Of a stretch of DNA of 64,000 nt, positions 11,352 to 21,779 are shown piece by piece. Location: positions 3,072,001 through 3,136,000 of the forward strand of contig OY759729.1 of NCBI GenBank assembly GCA_963662585.1, written 5' to 3'. The translations under genes were made by a program, and so were the position numbers. Under the pieces are notes generated by a model. It was not told where the DNA came from. It searched no databases and saw nothing but the letters and a program-made list of their open reading frames with translations. Source of the DNA: Candidatus Cloacimonadales bacterium. Its GTDB lineage: Bacteria; Cloacimonadota; Cloacimonadia; Cloacimonadales; JAFGVF01. Positions within the stretch are counted from its first letter, which is position 1, and every line of letters starts with the position of its first letter.

Positions 11352-11781
11352 ACCAGATAAAATAGGTTACCTGATAATATAAAATTTAAAGTGAAGTTAT
11401 GGAATTTGGTAATAGATGAAAATAAATATTCTTCTAGAACATTTTCTTATAAATAGGAATTTACTAGTTATATTAGAGTCTCCCTCAACAAAGACTTATG
11501 ACAATTAATATAATTGTTTATGTAGATTTGAAGTTTTATACAGTTACGTGGAAATCGGTAAGCCAATTATATTACCTTAGGAAAAGAGAAGCACTTGATA
11601 ATAAATTTTCTGAAATTCTGTAGGCTAAGGATATATTGATAACTGAAATGAATTATTATATAAGAAAACCTTATAAAAATATAAGCTTGATTAATCTTCA
11701 ATAAAAGACTAAAGTTTAATGAATAACCTCAGTCGTAGTCCTACATCTCCAATGAAACGGAGGAAAAGGAGAATAATTTCC

Positions 11782-11818
11782 AGAGACTCCAATTGGATTT
11801 CCAGTTGGGTCTCTTTTT
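11782..11818 (+). terminator. Intrinsic terminator
   Basis: AGAGAC(T)CCAATTGG-attt-CCAGTTGG-GTCTCT followed by a T run. Confidence 0.65.
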
Positions 11819-11939
11819 ATGGCTCAAGTACAAGTCTGGTGGAAGCATATTGTCTCTAATGCTGATTAACAAAGGGTTTATTGAATATATTAACTATAAT
11901 CAGTTACTATAATAACGTATAATAAGAATTTTGAATACT

Positions 11940-12390
11940 TTAACAGTATAAATTAAGGTAATTTTTCCACTTAAGTTGAACTTGAGCCCTTTTTATTTGC
12001 TTATCAGAAACCCAGGGAGCTATCTCTTTATTCATTTCTCTAACTGAATCAAGTGAGTGTTTGTTGGTATCTATGCTTAATAGCTCATTCATAGTATCAA
12101 GTGCAGTATCTAAAGGATATACTTTGTCCTGGCTAGCTAAGGCTCTGCATATCTCTGAAGTTCTGTCATCAAGTATTACAACAAGCCTGTAGCCAGTTGC
12201 TCCTGCTTTATGATAACCTTCTAATCTACCAAATTCTCGTATTCTAAGGGCTGTATGCTCAACTAAACCTTTCCAGTAGTGTTGATTCTTGTCACCGAGT
12301 GATTTGAACTCTTCCTTTAACTTATTAGCTAACATTTCTTTGGTGAATCCAGATGCTACAGATTTTCGAAAGCCTAATCTAATGTTTATC
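11940..12390 (-). pseudogene. Truncated phage head morphogenesis protein (Mu gpF / SPP1 gp7 family)
   Basis: HTALRIREFGRLEGY..GYRLVVILDDRTSEICRAL; the C-terminal HxxCR motif and a credible start are missing, and the track's N-terminus is read through the att repeat. Confidence 0.7.
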
Positions 12391-12645
12391 TTGAAATCAA
12401 TAGTGCTATACAAAATCATTTTAGGCTGTAAATTACTTAGTAAAAATTCGAAATCCATCCCACCACCTCCACCAGTCTTCGAAATGAACGAAGTGAATGA
12501 GAAGACTGACACGGCGTAGCATCTTTAGATGCGAAGACGGTCTTAGATTTATATTGCGTGGTTCGTTCATTACTAGGCCTAGGCAGGCCAGGTTATGGGT
12601 CTTCAAATTAGTAATAATTAGAGATTTTAAAATATTGTTATAAAG

Positions 12646-12834
12646 TGACACCTGTTTTTTCCTTAAAGTGCAGTCTGATTTCCTTATTGACCATAAATTT
12701 AGCTATATTTACTCCCATAAAGATAAATAAATTAAACACTTAAGCCATAACACTGTCGAAAAATAAAAGTGACAGAGGTTTTTCCACTTTTATAAGTTCA
12801 TCCTCAATTAAGGAAATATTGGAGCCATTTGGGT
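12646..12834. repeat. 189-bp direct repeat, copy 1
   Basis: Shares identical 26-, 19- and 38-bp blocks with 16906-17094. Confidence 0.9.
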
Positions 12835-13186
12835 GACACCATTAATTCTACTCCATAAAAGACTATAAATAGGCATTTAGCTAAAATATACTCTTACAAT
12901 TAGTGACACTGTTTTTTCCACAGTTGTTTGAATGGAAAAAGTTATATCACTATTTTGATAATTACATATTAACATCATCCCAAATAATGCATTAGGAATT
13001 GAAATATCGCACTATGTGATTATTATGAGGGCATAGTTTTTAAGCGAAGAATCATGGCAATAATAAGATCCATAATCTCAAGGAGAATTGAATTATTCAA
13101 GTTTCGATTCTGTAAGATATTTTGCAGAAAGAATCTCCACTCTTCACGAGAAGCATATTACTTTAGATAGGTCAAAGGTAACTTGA

Positions 13187-13240
13187 TGCTCTCTTATATC
13201 TTAGACAAAACACATGATTCATCTAAGATACAAGAGAGCA
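13187..13240 (-). terminator. Long hairpin downstream of the hybrid kinase
   Basis: TGCTCTCTT.TATCTTAGA / TCTAAGATA.AAGAGAGCA. Confidence 0.6.
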
Positions 13241-13255
13241 TACAATAAGACAGTC

Positions 13256-16200
13256 TTATAAATGATTATTTAATAGATAATTTTTAATGACGCGTATTAC
13301 TTCATTATTGTCTAGTGGCTTTGATAAGAAATCAGACATACCCGTATCTAGACAGCACTTTTTAACTTTATCAGAAACATTTGCAGTTAATGCAATTATT
13401 GGTGGAATAGTACCTTCTTTTTGGGTAATTATTTTTTTTGTAGCATTTAGCCCATCAAGAACAGGCATTTGTAAGTCCATTAAAATGAGATCAATGTCCA
13501 TTTCTAAAGAGTAAGAGACCCCCTCCTCTCCATTAACGGCCAGTGTTATATTTGCGTTGGGAATAAGTCTTTTAATTATCTTACCTATCAGTTTCCTGTT
13601 CAACTTATTATCTTCTACAATTAAAATATTGAAGTTATCGTTGCTTAAAACTGAGAATGCTTTTTTATTAGAAGTTTCTGATATTGAGTTACAGGTGGAT
13701 ATTTTCATTAACTCTCTGGAATCATTGTTTATTAAATCTGTTAATTCCCATGGTCTAATAGGCTTTCTTAATAACTTAAGATATAAACCATCAAATATTT
13801 TAAGTATATCTTTCTCATTATAATAAGAATAAAGCATTATGATAGTAGTTTGGGGATGATTTAACTGAATGTAATTAACAAGATATTTTATATTCTCTAA
13901 ACAATCTGCCCTAAAAATTAGATAATCCAGAATTACAGTATGAATTTGGGCTGTTGATAAAACTTTTTCTACATTATAATTAGGTTGATAATCAATTACT
14001 GTATGACCAGCATTTTTAATTATTTTTTCGCAATAAAAATGTGTCTTATGATTTTTTGATAGTATGAGTATATTTTGTCTTTTAGCTTCTTTAGCTTTTG
14101 TAATAGAGTTTGAATATTTAACTTTAATGGTGAATGAGAAAGAACTACCTTGGTTTACTTCACTTGAAAAAGAAATCTCTCCTCCCATAAGTTTGACTAG
14201 ATTTTGAGATATAACCAATCCAAGTCCTGTACCTCCAAAGTCTCTAGTTATAGTATTATCAGCTTGAGAGAAAGCTTTAAAGAGATTATTAGCTTTGGTT
14301 GGGTCGATACCTATACCTGAGTCATTAACATAAAATGTTAATTCTCCTTCTCTGTCATTAATTTGAATAAAATTTATTACCAGTTCGACAAATCCTTGCT
14401 TAGTAAACTTGAAAGAATTAGATAACAGGTTGGTTAAAACCTGCCTTAGATGTATGCTATCAATATAGATAGTATCAGGAATAGAATTATATTCTAAGTA
14501 AAATTCAATTCCTTTTTTGGAAGAAAGTAATTGGAACATATCAATTTCATGTTCAAGAAACTTCTGGAAATCTTCTTCAACATAATGAAGTTTCATTTTT
14601 CCTGAGTCTATTTTTGAAAAATCGAGAATATCATTTATAATTTCGAGAAGATCTTTAGCTGAACGATTTGCAAAGCCTATATACTGTCTTTGATTATTAT
14701 CTAATTTTGTGTCTAAAACAATGTCCGTAAATCCAATCATACTGTTTATCGGAGTTCTAATTTCATGACTCATGTTAGCAATAAACTCAGATTTTGCTTT
14801 ATTTGCTTCATAAGAAGATCTGGCATATTCCTGGGCTATTTTTGTTTTTTTAGCTAATTGTTCATTTGCATTTATTAACTGAATATCTGATTTCATCTTT
14901 GAGGTAATGTTAGTGTATATAGGTGCGAATGTTTCTAAGATAGTAATCTCTTTATTGGTAATATCCTTTTTAAAATTAAAAAAGCTTGCACCAATGAATC
15001 CTGTAGGTTTTTTTCCATCAAATATAGGCACAAGGACAATACTTTTAACCGGTCTTCCTTCTAATAAATCAAGAAAGCTAGTTGGGGCATTATTCTGTAT
15101 GTCTGAAAATACTATCGTTTTTCTACTATGTAATGCAATAACTATGTCAGAGTTATTATCTAAAGAAACTGAAGATAGGGTATCTTTAAAATGAGTATAT
15201 TCTTTAGAATACCAATCATAATTTGTTTGAGCAATATTAGTTTTATAGTCGTAAGCATAGATAAATAACCTGTTAGCCCCCATATTAGCACCGATTTCAC
15301 CTAAAATTAATTCGAATTCTTTATCAACTTCAGACATTTTAAAATCAATCAATCTTGTAGAAAAATCTTTTATAAGTTTTGTGTAATTTATAACACTTTG
15401 AAGTTCTTGATTTATATCATACTGATATGTAAGATCAGTGAATGTTGTTAGTATTAACTTCTTATCACCGGTAATTAATTGTGTATAGCTCAATACCCCT
15501 TCTAATTTTGTGTTATATTTTGTATAAACTGTAACAATAAGGTCGGCAACACTCTCTTCATCTTTGATTTTTTGCTCAATGAGTTGAAGTATTTTTAGAT
15601 TTTTTACAATACCAATTTCATAAAATGTCTTACCTAGAACTTCTTTATCATTGAAACCTAAAATTTGCGTGAAAGCTTCATTTATCTGTAAATATGTTAA
15701 TGTATCATAATCTACTAAAGCAATTGGAATTGGGACATGATTAACTAAGTACTGATATTGGTAATCTGAATCTTTTTTTTGTTGATGTAAATGCTTTCGC
15801 AAAAATAACCAAATGAGGGTAATTATAGTGGTTGAAAGAAGTATTATAAGAATTGTAATTAATGCTACTTTTCTTTTATTGATATCAATTTTATACTCGG
15901 AGTAGCTACCTATCCAGTGGTCGTGAATTTCTTGAATTTTATCTATTGGTAAAGCCAGTAACGATTTATCTAAGATAGATGCTAATTCAGGCCAATCTTT
16001 ACGAATTCCAAATCTTTGAGATTGATCATTTAAGGGAGTTGGTCCATGAATTTGGATATTTTTAATATTTTGCTTCTGCATGATATAAGTCCCAACTGAT
16101 AAATCTCCAATAAAGGCATCGGCTTGACCATTTGCCACTGCTAGTAAACACTCTTTAACAGGATTCTGTTTATTGATTTCTTGAATTATAATATCGGGAT

Positions 16201-16717
16201 AGGCATTTTTAAGAGTTTGAGTTAATGCAGTTGCTGTAGGCATTATAATAGTTTTACCTTTCAAACTTATAAGGCTTTTAATATCAGCTCTATTGGCTGA
16301 AGTAAAAATTACATGGTGGTGAGTATAAAAACCCTCAGTAAAATTTAAAAATATCTGTCTTGTTGCAGTTTTTCTTAGTCCTAAAACCAAATCATAGGAC
16401 TTATGATTCTTTGTATTTAATAAAATATTCTCAAATGAGACTTTGTTTGCAGCAATTAATTTATAGGGAATATTGTTTTGTTTTAGCATGTATTCAATAT
16501 ATTCTACAGAAACTCCTTTAGCTTTACCATCTTCAATAAACTGATATGGTGGCCATTGGAATACAGCAACCCTTACAGTATCCTTTCTTGATAACCATTC
16601 TTTTTCAAGAGGAGTTAGCTCAATGTTCATTTTATAAACACCAAGCAGAGGAGCAAAAATTAGCAATCCAAGTAATGTTAGCATAAATTTCTGTAATTTC
16701 ATATATTTCTCCATCAA
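13256..16717 (-). CDS. Hybrid sensor histidine kinase (substrate-binding domain, PAS, GAF, HisKA, HATPase, receiver)
   Basis: WPPYQF substrate-binding domain, TM segment, SHEIRTP, NLLSNSFKFT, DSGIG, GGTGLGL, receiver MDLQMP and SKP. Confidence 0.92.
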   Translation of the reverse strand: MMEKYMKLQKFMLTLLGLLIFAPLLGVYKMNIELTPLEKEWLSRKDTVRVAVFQWPPYQFIEDGKAKGVSVEYIEYMLKQNNIPYKLIAANKVSFENILLNTKNHKSYDLVLGLRKTATRQIFLNFTEGFYTHHHVIFTSANRADIKSLISLKGKTIIMPTATALTQTLKNAYPDIIIQEINKQNPVKECLLAVANGQADAFIGDLSVGTYIMQKQNIKNIQIHGPTPLNDQSQRFGIRKDWPELASILDKSLLALPIDKIQEIHDHWIGSYSEYKIDINKRKVALITILIILLSTTIITLIWLFLRKHLHQQKKDSDYQYQYLVNHVPIPIALVDYDTLTYLQINEAFTQILGFNDKEVLGKTFYEIGIVKNLKILQLIEQKIKDEESVADLIVTVYTKYNTKLEGVLSYTQLITGDKKLILTTFTDLTYQYDINQELQSVINYTKLIKDFSTRLIDFKMSEVDKEFELILGEIGANMGANRLFIYAYDYKTNIAQTNYDWYSKEYTHFKDTLSSVSLDNNSDIVIALHSRKTIVFSDIQNNAPTSFLDLLEGRPVKSIVLVPIFDGKKPTGFIGASFFNFKKDITNKEITILETFAPIYTNITSKMKSDIQLINANEQLAKKTKIAQEYARSSYEANKAKSEFIANMSHEIRTPINSMIGFTDIVLDTKLDNNQRQYIGFANRSAKDLLEIINDILDFSKIDSGKMKLHYVEEDFQKFLEHEIDMFQLLSSKKGIEFYLEYNSIPDTIYIDSIHLRQVLTNLLSNSFKFTKQGFVELVINFIQINDREGELTFYVNDSGIGIDPTKANNLFKAFSQADNTITRDFGGTGLGLVISQNLVKLMGGEISFSSEVNQGSSFSFTIKVKYSNSITKAKEAKRQNILILSKNHKTHFYCEKIIKNAGHTVIDYQPNYNVEKVLSTAQIHTVILDYLIFRADCLENIKYLVNYIQLNHPQTTIIMLYSYYNEKDILKIFDGLYLKLLRKPIRPWELTDLINNDSRELMKISTCNSISETSNKKAFSVLSNDNFNILIVEDNKLNRKLIGKIIKRLIPNANITLAVNGEEGVSYSLEMDIDLILMDLQMPVLDGLNATKKIITQKEGTIPPIIALTANVSDKVKKCCLDTGMSDFLSKPLDNNEVIRVIKNYLLNNHL

Positions 16718-16905
16718 ATAGGATATAATTTTATATCAATAATTTATGTTGTCAAGATTTTTTTTATAATTATCGTTTTTGCTCATGGAAAACTTGGGTG
16801 TCACTTTTTAGAAACAAACACTTTTAATTTCCTGAAATAGTATATAGTCGCGAATATAACAAAATATGATAAAAGGAGAAAGTGAAAAGTATGTCTAGTA
16901 CTAAA

Positions 16906-17094
16906 TGACACCTGTTTTTTCCTTAAAGTGCCAGCATGATTTCCTTAACGACCAAAAAAATAGCTATTTTTACAAGCATAAAGATATATATTAACAACTT
17001 AAACTCTGATAGTGTCGAAAAATAAAAGTGATGGAGTTTTTTCCACTTTTATAAGTTCATCCTCAATTAAGGAAAATATTGTAGTCATTTGGGT
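16906..17094. repeat. 189-bp direct repeat, copy 2
   Basis: Aligns end to end with 12646-12834. Confidence 0.9.
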
Positions 17095-17501
17095 ACTCTA
17101 CTCTCTCTAAAAGCATAAAGTACTAATTATTAGACAAATAGAAGATTTCAACCTCTTTAATTTGTGGCTTCACCAAAGTTATGCCAAAGCAGGAAAGAAT
17201 AAAGTGGTATTCACAAAAGTATACTACATTGTTTGGGTTTATTGTTAATTACTCTATAGATTATTGGTTTCTTATGAGGAAAGTAACAATCAAGGAGGAA
17301 TATAAAATGAGTTAGGAAGAGATTTCAAATCCCAGGAAAAATATCCCTTGAAGAACTAATTTTGAAGATATAGGGGCCGTTTCAAAGCCCCTATTTAATA
17401 ATTAACAATTTAGTATCATTTTTTTAAGGACCTAAATAATAAGTATTATTCAGAAAGATACTTAGATTGTTTCAATCGCTACATCTTTTATAGAAAGTTG
17501 A

Positions 17502-20500
17502 TTAGTCAATATTGTATTTAGCTTTAAGTTCTTTCCAAGCTAGGGATTTGTTTATTGAAGATTGATTCCGCATTCTAGCAGAATATTGACCTTCATAATC
17601 TCTTATAGCAATGACACTATAAAACATTTGATCTGCAAACCAAATAACGCCAGAATGACTATAAGTCAATTGATCTGTAATAGTTAAATGAAGGAATTCA
17701 TCTGGACTTGCAGAAGGATCATCACTATAATTTATCACATAAAAATCAGGTGTAACTGGAATACCATGTTCTGTTTCGATAACAGGATCCCAGGTTATGG
17801 TTGCATTCCCATTATTCAATGAAAAATTAACATTTTGAGGATTAGGAATTTGGTCATACTCACCTGATCCCTGTAAAAATACTTCTAACAAAGGTTGGTT
17901 AGATGAGTTGTTATCTATAATAAGACTACTTTCGTAGTTTATATTGCTCCCTGGAGAAAAAGTTACAAGTATAGTATCTTGTTCATTGGGTTGGATTGGG
18001 CTATCAATATTATAGCTTAAGTCGAAAACACCTGGGAATTCTGGAGAAATGTAAATATCATTTATAACCAAATCAACAGTCCCAATATTTTTTATTATTA
18101 TACTTTGTGTTGAACTCAAGCCATAAAAAATAGATTCAAAATCTTGAATTGTAGGAGACAATAATGAAATCTCAACAATTTCAACAAACCATGGGTCGAA
18201 GAGGACTTCTCCAGAAGAAGAATTTTCGTTATCATCAAAAATGTGCTGATCTATACCATTAACGGTTTGGTATCCCCAAGTATTATAATAAGCATTGATA
18301 TTATTTGAGGATGAATTATAAAATTGATATTCATTAGAGTCATTATTTATAATAGTATTAAGCCCAGGATTTGAAGAGCTAGATCCGAAATCAGGATTAC
18401 CTCCATAAACAAAAACTCCATAAGATAGGTTATTCTCGATTATACTATTATATACAGAGATATCACTATTTGTATAAATACCATAATTTGAGCTTAGTTC
18501 ACTTACACTATTGTGAAAGTGTCCTCCTTGAGTATTGCGATAATAAAGATTTCCATTACCGACACGACCGCCATATCTAAGGGTACAATAATCAAATTCC
18601 CCTATAGAAGGGCTATCATTGGAGCTATAGCATTCTATTCCCTTCCAGTCTCCTGCTTGAGGATTACCTGAAGATATTCCATATACTTGACCTATGCTAT
18701 CATCATTAATTGAAGTAAAATAAACAGGATTAGCTTCTGTACCATTAACATCAATTGTTCCACGGACAGAAATATATCCAGATGAAGTTGCTTTGATGAC
18801 ATTGTTTTGTGGAATCGTTAAAGTAGATGTATCATCAACTGTTAATGTTCCTGTAAGAACTATTGGAAATCCAACTTCTTCTTCTCCTAAAGTTATGTCT
18901 TCATTAATATTACCGTTTATTCCAAAGGCATTAATTAGGTTTCCAGAACCTGAATTACCTGAGTAGCTGCTTACTTCAGTGTTAAAAAGATAAGCTACAT
19001 AACCATTATTATCAGTAATGTTACAGTTGTCGATATCAATTGTACCACTTCCGTAAATGCCAGAATCTTCATTATTAGTAAAGCTACTATTAGACACAGT
19101 AAGATCGCTACTATAGCTTTCTAAACCATAGCTTAAGCTAAACTCACTAGAACTATTATTAAAGTAACCAGAAAAAGAATCTCTATAATAAAGATTTCCA
19201 TTACCAATACGACCACCATATTTAAGGGTACAATAATCAAATTCCCCTATAGAAGGGCTATCATTGAAGCTATAGCATTCTATTCCCTTCCAGTCTCCTG
19301 CTTGAGGATTACCTGAAGATATTCCATATACTTGACCTATGCTATCATCATTAATTGAAGTAAAATAAACAGGATTAGCTTCTGTACCATTAACATCAAT
19401 TGTTCCGCGGACAGAAATAAATCCAGATGAAGTTGCTTTGATGACATTGTTTTGTGGAATCGTTAAAGTAGATGTATCATCAATTGTTAATGTTCCTGTA
19501 AGAACTATTGGAAATCCAACTTCTTCCTCTCCTAAAGTTATGTCTTCATTAATATTACCATTTATTCCAAAGGCATTAATTAGGTTTCCAGAACCTGAAT
19601 TGCCTGAATAGCTGCTTACTTCAGTATTAAAAAGATAAGCTACATAACCATTATTATCAGTAATGTTACAGTTGTCGATATCAATTGTACCACTTCCGTA
19701 AATGCCAGAATCTTCATTATTAGTAAAGCTACTACTAGACACAGTAAGATTGCTACTATAGCTTTCTAAACCATAGCTGAAGCTAAACTCACTAGAACTA
19801 TTACTAAAGTAACCAGAAATTGAGTTGCGATAATAGAGATTTCCATTACCGACACGACCGCCATATCTAAGTGAACAATAATCAAATTCCCCTATAGAAG
19901 GACTATCATTATAGCTATAGCATTCTATTCCCTTCCAGTCTCCTGCTTGAGGATTACCTGAAGATATTCCATATATTTGACCTATGCTATCATCATTAAT
20001 TGAAGTAAAATAAACAGGATTAGCTTCTGTACCATTAACATCAATTGTTCCACGGACAGATATTTTTCCAGAAGAAGTTGCTTTGATGACATTGTTTTGT
20101 GGAATCGTTAAAGTAGATGTATCATCAACTGTTAATGTTCCTGTAAGAACTATTGGAAATCCAACTTCTTCCTCTCCTAAAGTTATGTCTTCATTAATAT
20201 TACCATTTATTCCAAAGGCATTAATTAGGTTTCCAGAACCTGAATTGCCTGAGTAGCTGCTTACTTCAGTATTAAAAAGATAAGCTACATAACCATTATT
20301 ATCAGTAATGTTACAGTTGTCGATATCAATTGTACCACTTCCGTAAATGCCAGAATCTTCATTATTAGTAAAGCTACTATTAGACACAGTAAGATTGCTA
20401 TTATAGCTTTCTAAACCATAGCTTGAGCCAAACTCACTGGAACTATTATTAAAATAGCCTAAATCAGAATCGCTATAATAAAGATTTCCGTTACCAAAAC

Positions 20501-20915
20501 GACCACCATATCTAAGTGAACAATAATCAAATTCCCCTATAGAAGGACTATCATTATAGCTATAACATTCTACTCCTTTCCAATCTCCTGCTTGAGGATT
20601 ACCTGTAGAAAGACTAATCGTTTCTCCTACTGAGTTGTCATTAACTGAAGTAAAATATACATGACCTGTTTCTGTGCCATTAACATCAATTCTCCCAAAT
20701 ACCCTAATGCTAGCAGATGGTGCAAACTTTAGAACAACATTCGCATTTACTGTTAATATGCCAGTTTCTGAAACAGTACAAACATCATTCAAATAATAAG
20801 TACCTTCAGAAAGAACCATGCCTGAAAGATCACCTGTCAATATAGAATAACCTGTTACTAAAACAGGAAAAAGTATCATAAGTAAAGAAAGAAAGGGAAG
20901 TTTGAATTTTTTCAT
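17502..20915 (-). CDS. Secreted beta-helix protein with about 3.3 tandem 215-aa repeats and C-terminal Ig-like (ASH/FN3-like) domains
   Basis: Signal peptide; FTS.NDDS.G....P.AGDW.G motif four times; C-terminus has IKNIGTVDL.I, VTFSP and TWDPV. Confidence 0.85.
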   Translation of the reverse strand: MKKFKLPFLSLLMILFPVLVTGYSILTGDLSGMVLSEGTYYLNDVCTVSETGILTVNANVVLKFAPSASIRVFGRIDVNGTETGHVYFTSVNDNSVGETISLSTGNPQAGDWKGVECYSYNDSPSIGEFDYCSLRYGGRFGNGNLYYSDSDLGYFNNSSSEFGSSYGLESYNSNLTVSNSSFTNNEDSGIYGSGTIDIDNCNITDNNGYVAYLFNTEVSSYSGNSGSGNLINAFGINGNINEDITLGEEEVGFPIVLTGTLTVDDTSTLTIPQNNVIKATSSGKISVRGTIDVNGTEANPVYFTSINDDSIGQIYGISSGNPQAGDWKGIECYSYNDSPSIGEFDYCSLRYGGRVGNGNLYYRNSISGYFSNSSSEFSFSYGLESYSSNLTVSSSSFTNNEDSGIYGSGTIDIDNCNITDNNGYVAYLFNTEVSSYSGNSGSGNLINAFGINGNINEDITLGEEEVGFPIVLTGTLTIDDTSTLTIPQNNVIKATSSGFISVRGTIDVNGTEANPVYFTSINDDSIGQVYGISSGNPQAGDWKGIECYSFNDSPSIGEFDYCTLKYGGRIGNGNLYYRDSFSGYFNNSSSEFSLSYGLESYSSDLTVSNSSFTNNEDSGIYGSGTIDIDNCNITDNNGYVAYLFNTEVSSYSGNSGSGNLINAFGINGNINEDITLGEEEVGFPIVLTGTLTVDDTSTLTIPQNNVIKATSSGYISVRGTIDVNGTEANPVYFTSINDDSIGQVYGISSGNPQAGDWKGIECYSSNDSPSIGEFDYCTLRYGGRVGNGNLYYRNTQGGHFHNSVSELSSNYGIYTNSDISVYNSIIENNLSYGVFVYGGNPDFGSSSSNPGLNTIINNDSNEYQFYNSSSNNINAYYNTWGYQTVNGIDQHIFDDNENSSSGEVLFDPWFVEIVEISLLSPTIQDFESIFYGLSSTQSIIIKNIGTVDLVINDIYISPEFPGVFDLSYNIDSPIQPNEQDTILVTFSPGSNINYESSLIIDNNSSNQPLLEVFLQGSGEYDQIPNPQNVNFSLNNGNATITWDPVIETEHGIPVTPDFYVINYSDDPSASPDEFLHLTITDQLTYSHSGVIWFADQMFYSVIAIRDYEGQYSARMRNQSSINKSLAWKELKAKYNID
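18540..20690. repeat. 645-bp intragenic tandem repeat
   Basis: The marker CCACTTCCGTAAATGCCAGAATC recurs at 19045, 19690 and 20335. Confidence 0.95.
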
Positions 20916-21293
20916 TTTTTTAATCCTTTTATTAGCGATTATAGACTTAAAATTCTGTAAGTACAGCTAATGTGCAATTTATAAGATTTTAAGAAATCTT
21001 TGTCTTATTTGTCTGTTTCATAGATAGACATAACTCTTGATTTAAAAAAAAGTAGTTGTTTTATTTTAGTCAATCATTTTTTTTGAAAAACACTATCGAC
21101 TATTTGAGAAAACTAAAGGATAAAGCCTTTTTAACAATAGATTATCTTTGATATAAAATTAAAAAAAACTCTATAAAAATCCCTTTTAAATATTCTAAGT
21201 AGACTAAAAGCTGAGCAAGACCTATCTGAGTAGACAGTATCTATCAATCTATCTATCTTCCTCGCGAGCATGACTCTATGAGCAGTAGCGTAG

Positions 21294-21617
21294 GTTATTA
21301 ATCTAGTCCAACCTACGCAACCTCCCATAAAAAAGAATTTTAGAATTGCGATTATTGCCGACCAGGTTTCTCTTAGCTGGGAGCCTGTGCAAGGTGCAGA
21401 CAGTTACAAGGTCTATGGTACCAATAATCCCAATCTTCCCCTTGAAGAGTGGGAGCTCCTCGCTCAGAATGTCACCTTACCAAACTGGACTGATATGAAT
21501 AGTGGAGATAGCAAATTCTATTGCGTAAGAGCCTGCAAAAGCAATAGAATTATACCTTCAAAACCTTCAAACTGTCCGCCGTTTATCAAACCAGAAGTAG
21601 TAAACAGAAAACCGTAA
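21294..21617 (+). pseudogene. Orphan C-terminal FN3-like domain of a secreted protein
   Basis: The frame reads NFRIAIIADQVSLSWEPVQGADSYKVYG.NNP...FYCVRA after an in-frame stop at 21291; no RBS or signal peptide; terminator at 21646-21683. Confidence 0.6.
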
Positions 21618-21779
21618 GCAATTAACATTTGTTTCTGGATAATTCCAGCCGGGAACAGGGTTTTAACACCCCACTCCCGGCTGTTTATTTGGAATACTCT
21701 TAATGTGGATGGTTTAATGTAGGAGCGGATAATCATTCGCCAAAAATAGATAAATTAATCTATTTATCAAATTATTTAC

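Noticed and set aside
12978..13015. CCCAAATAATGCA..GCACTAT similarity to the 2226/3716 repeat
   Set aside because: The match is short and AT-rich; chance cannot be excluded.
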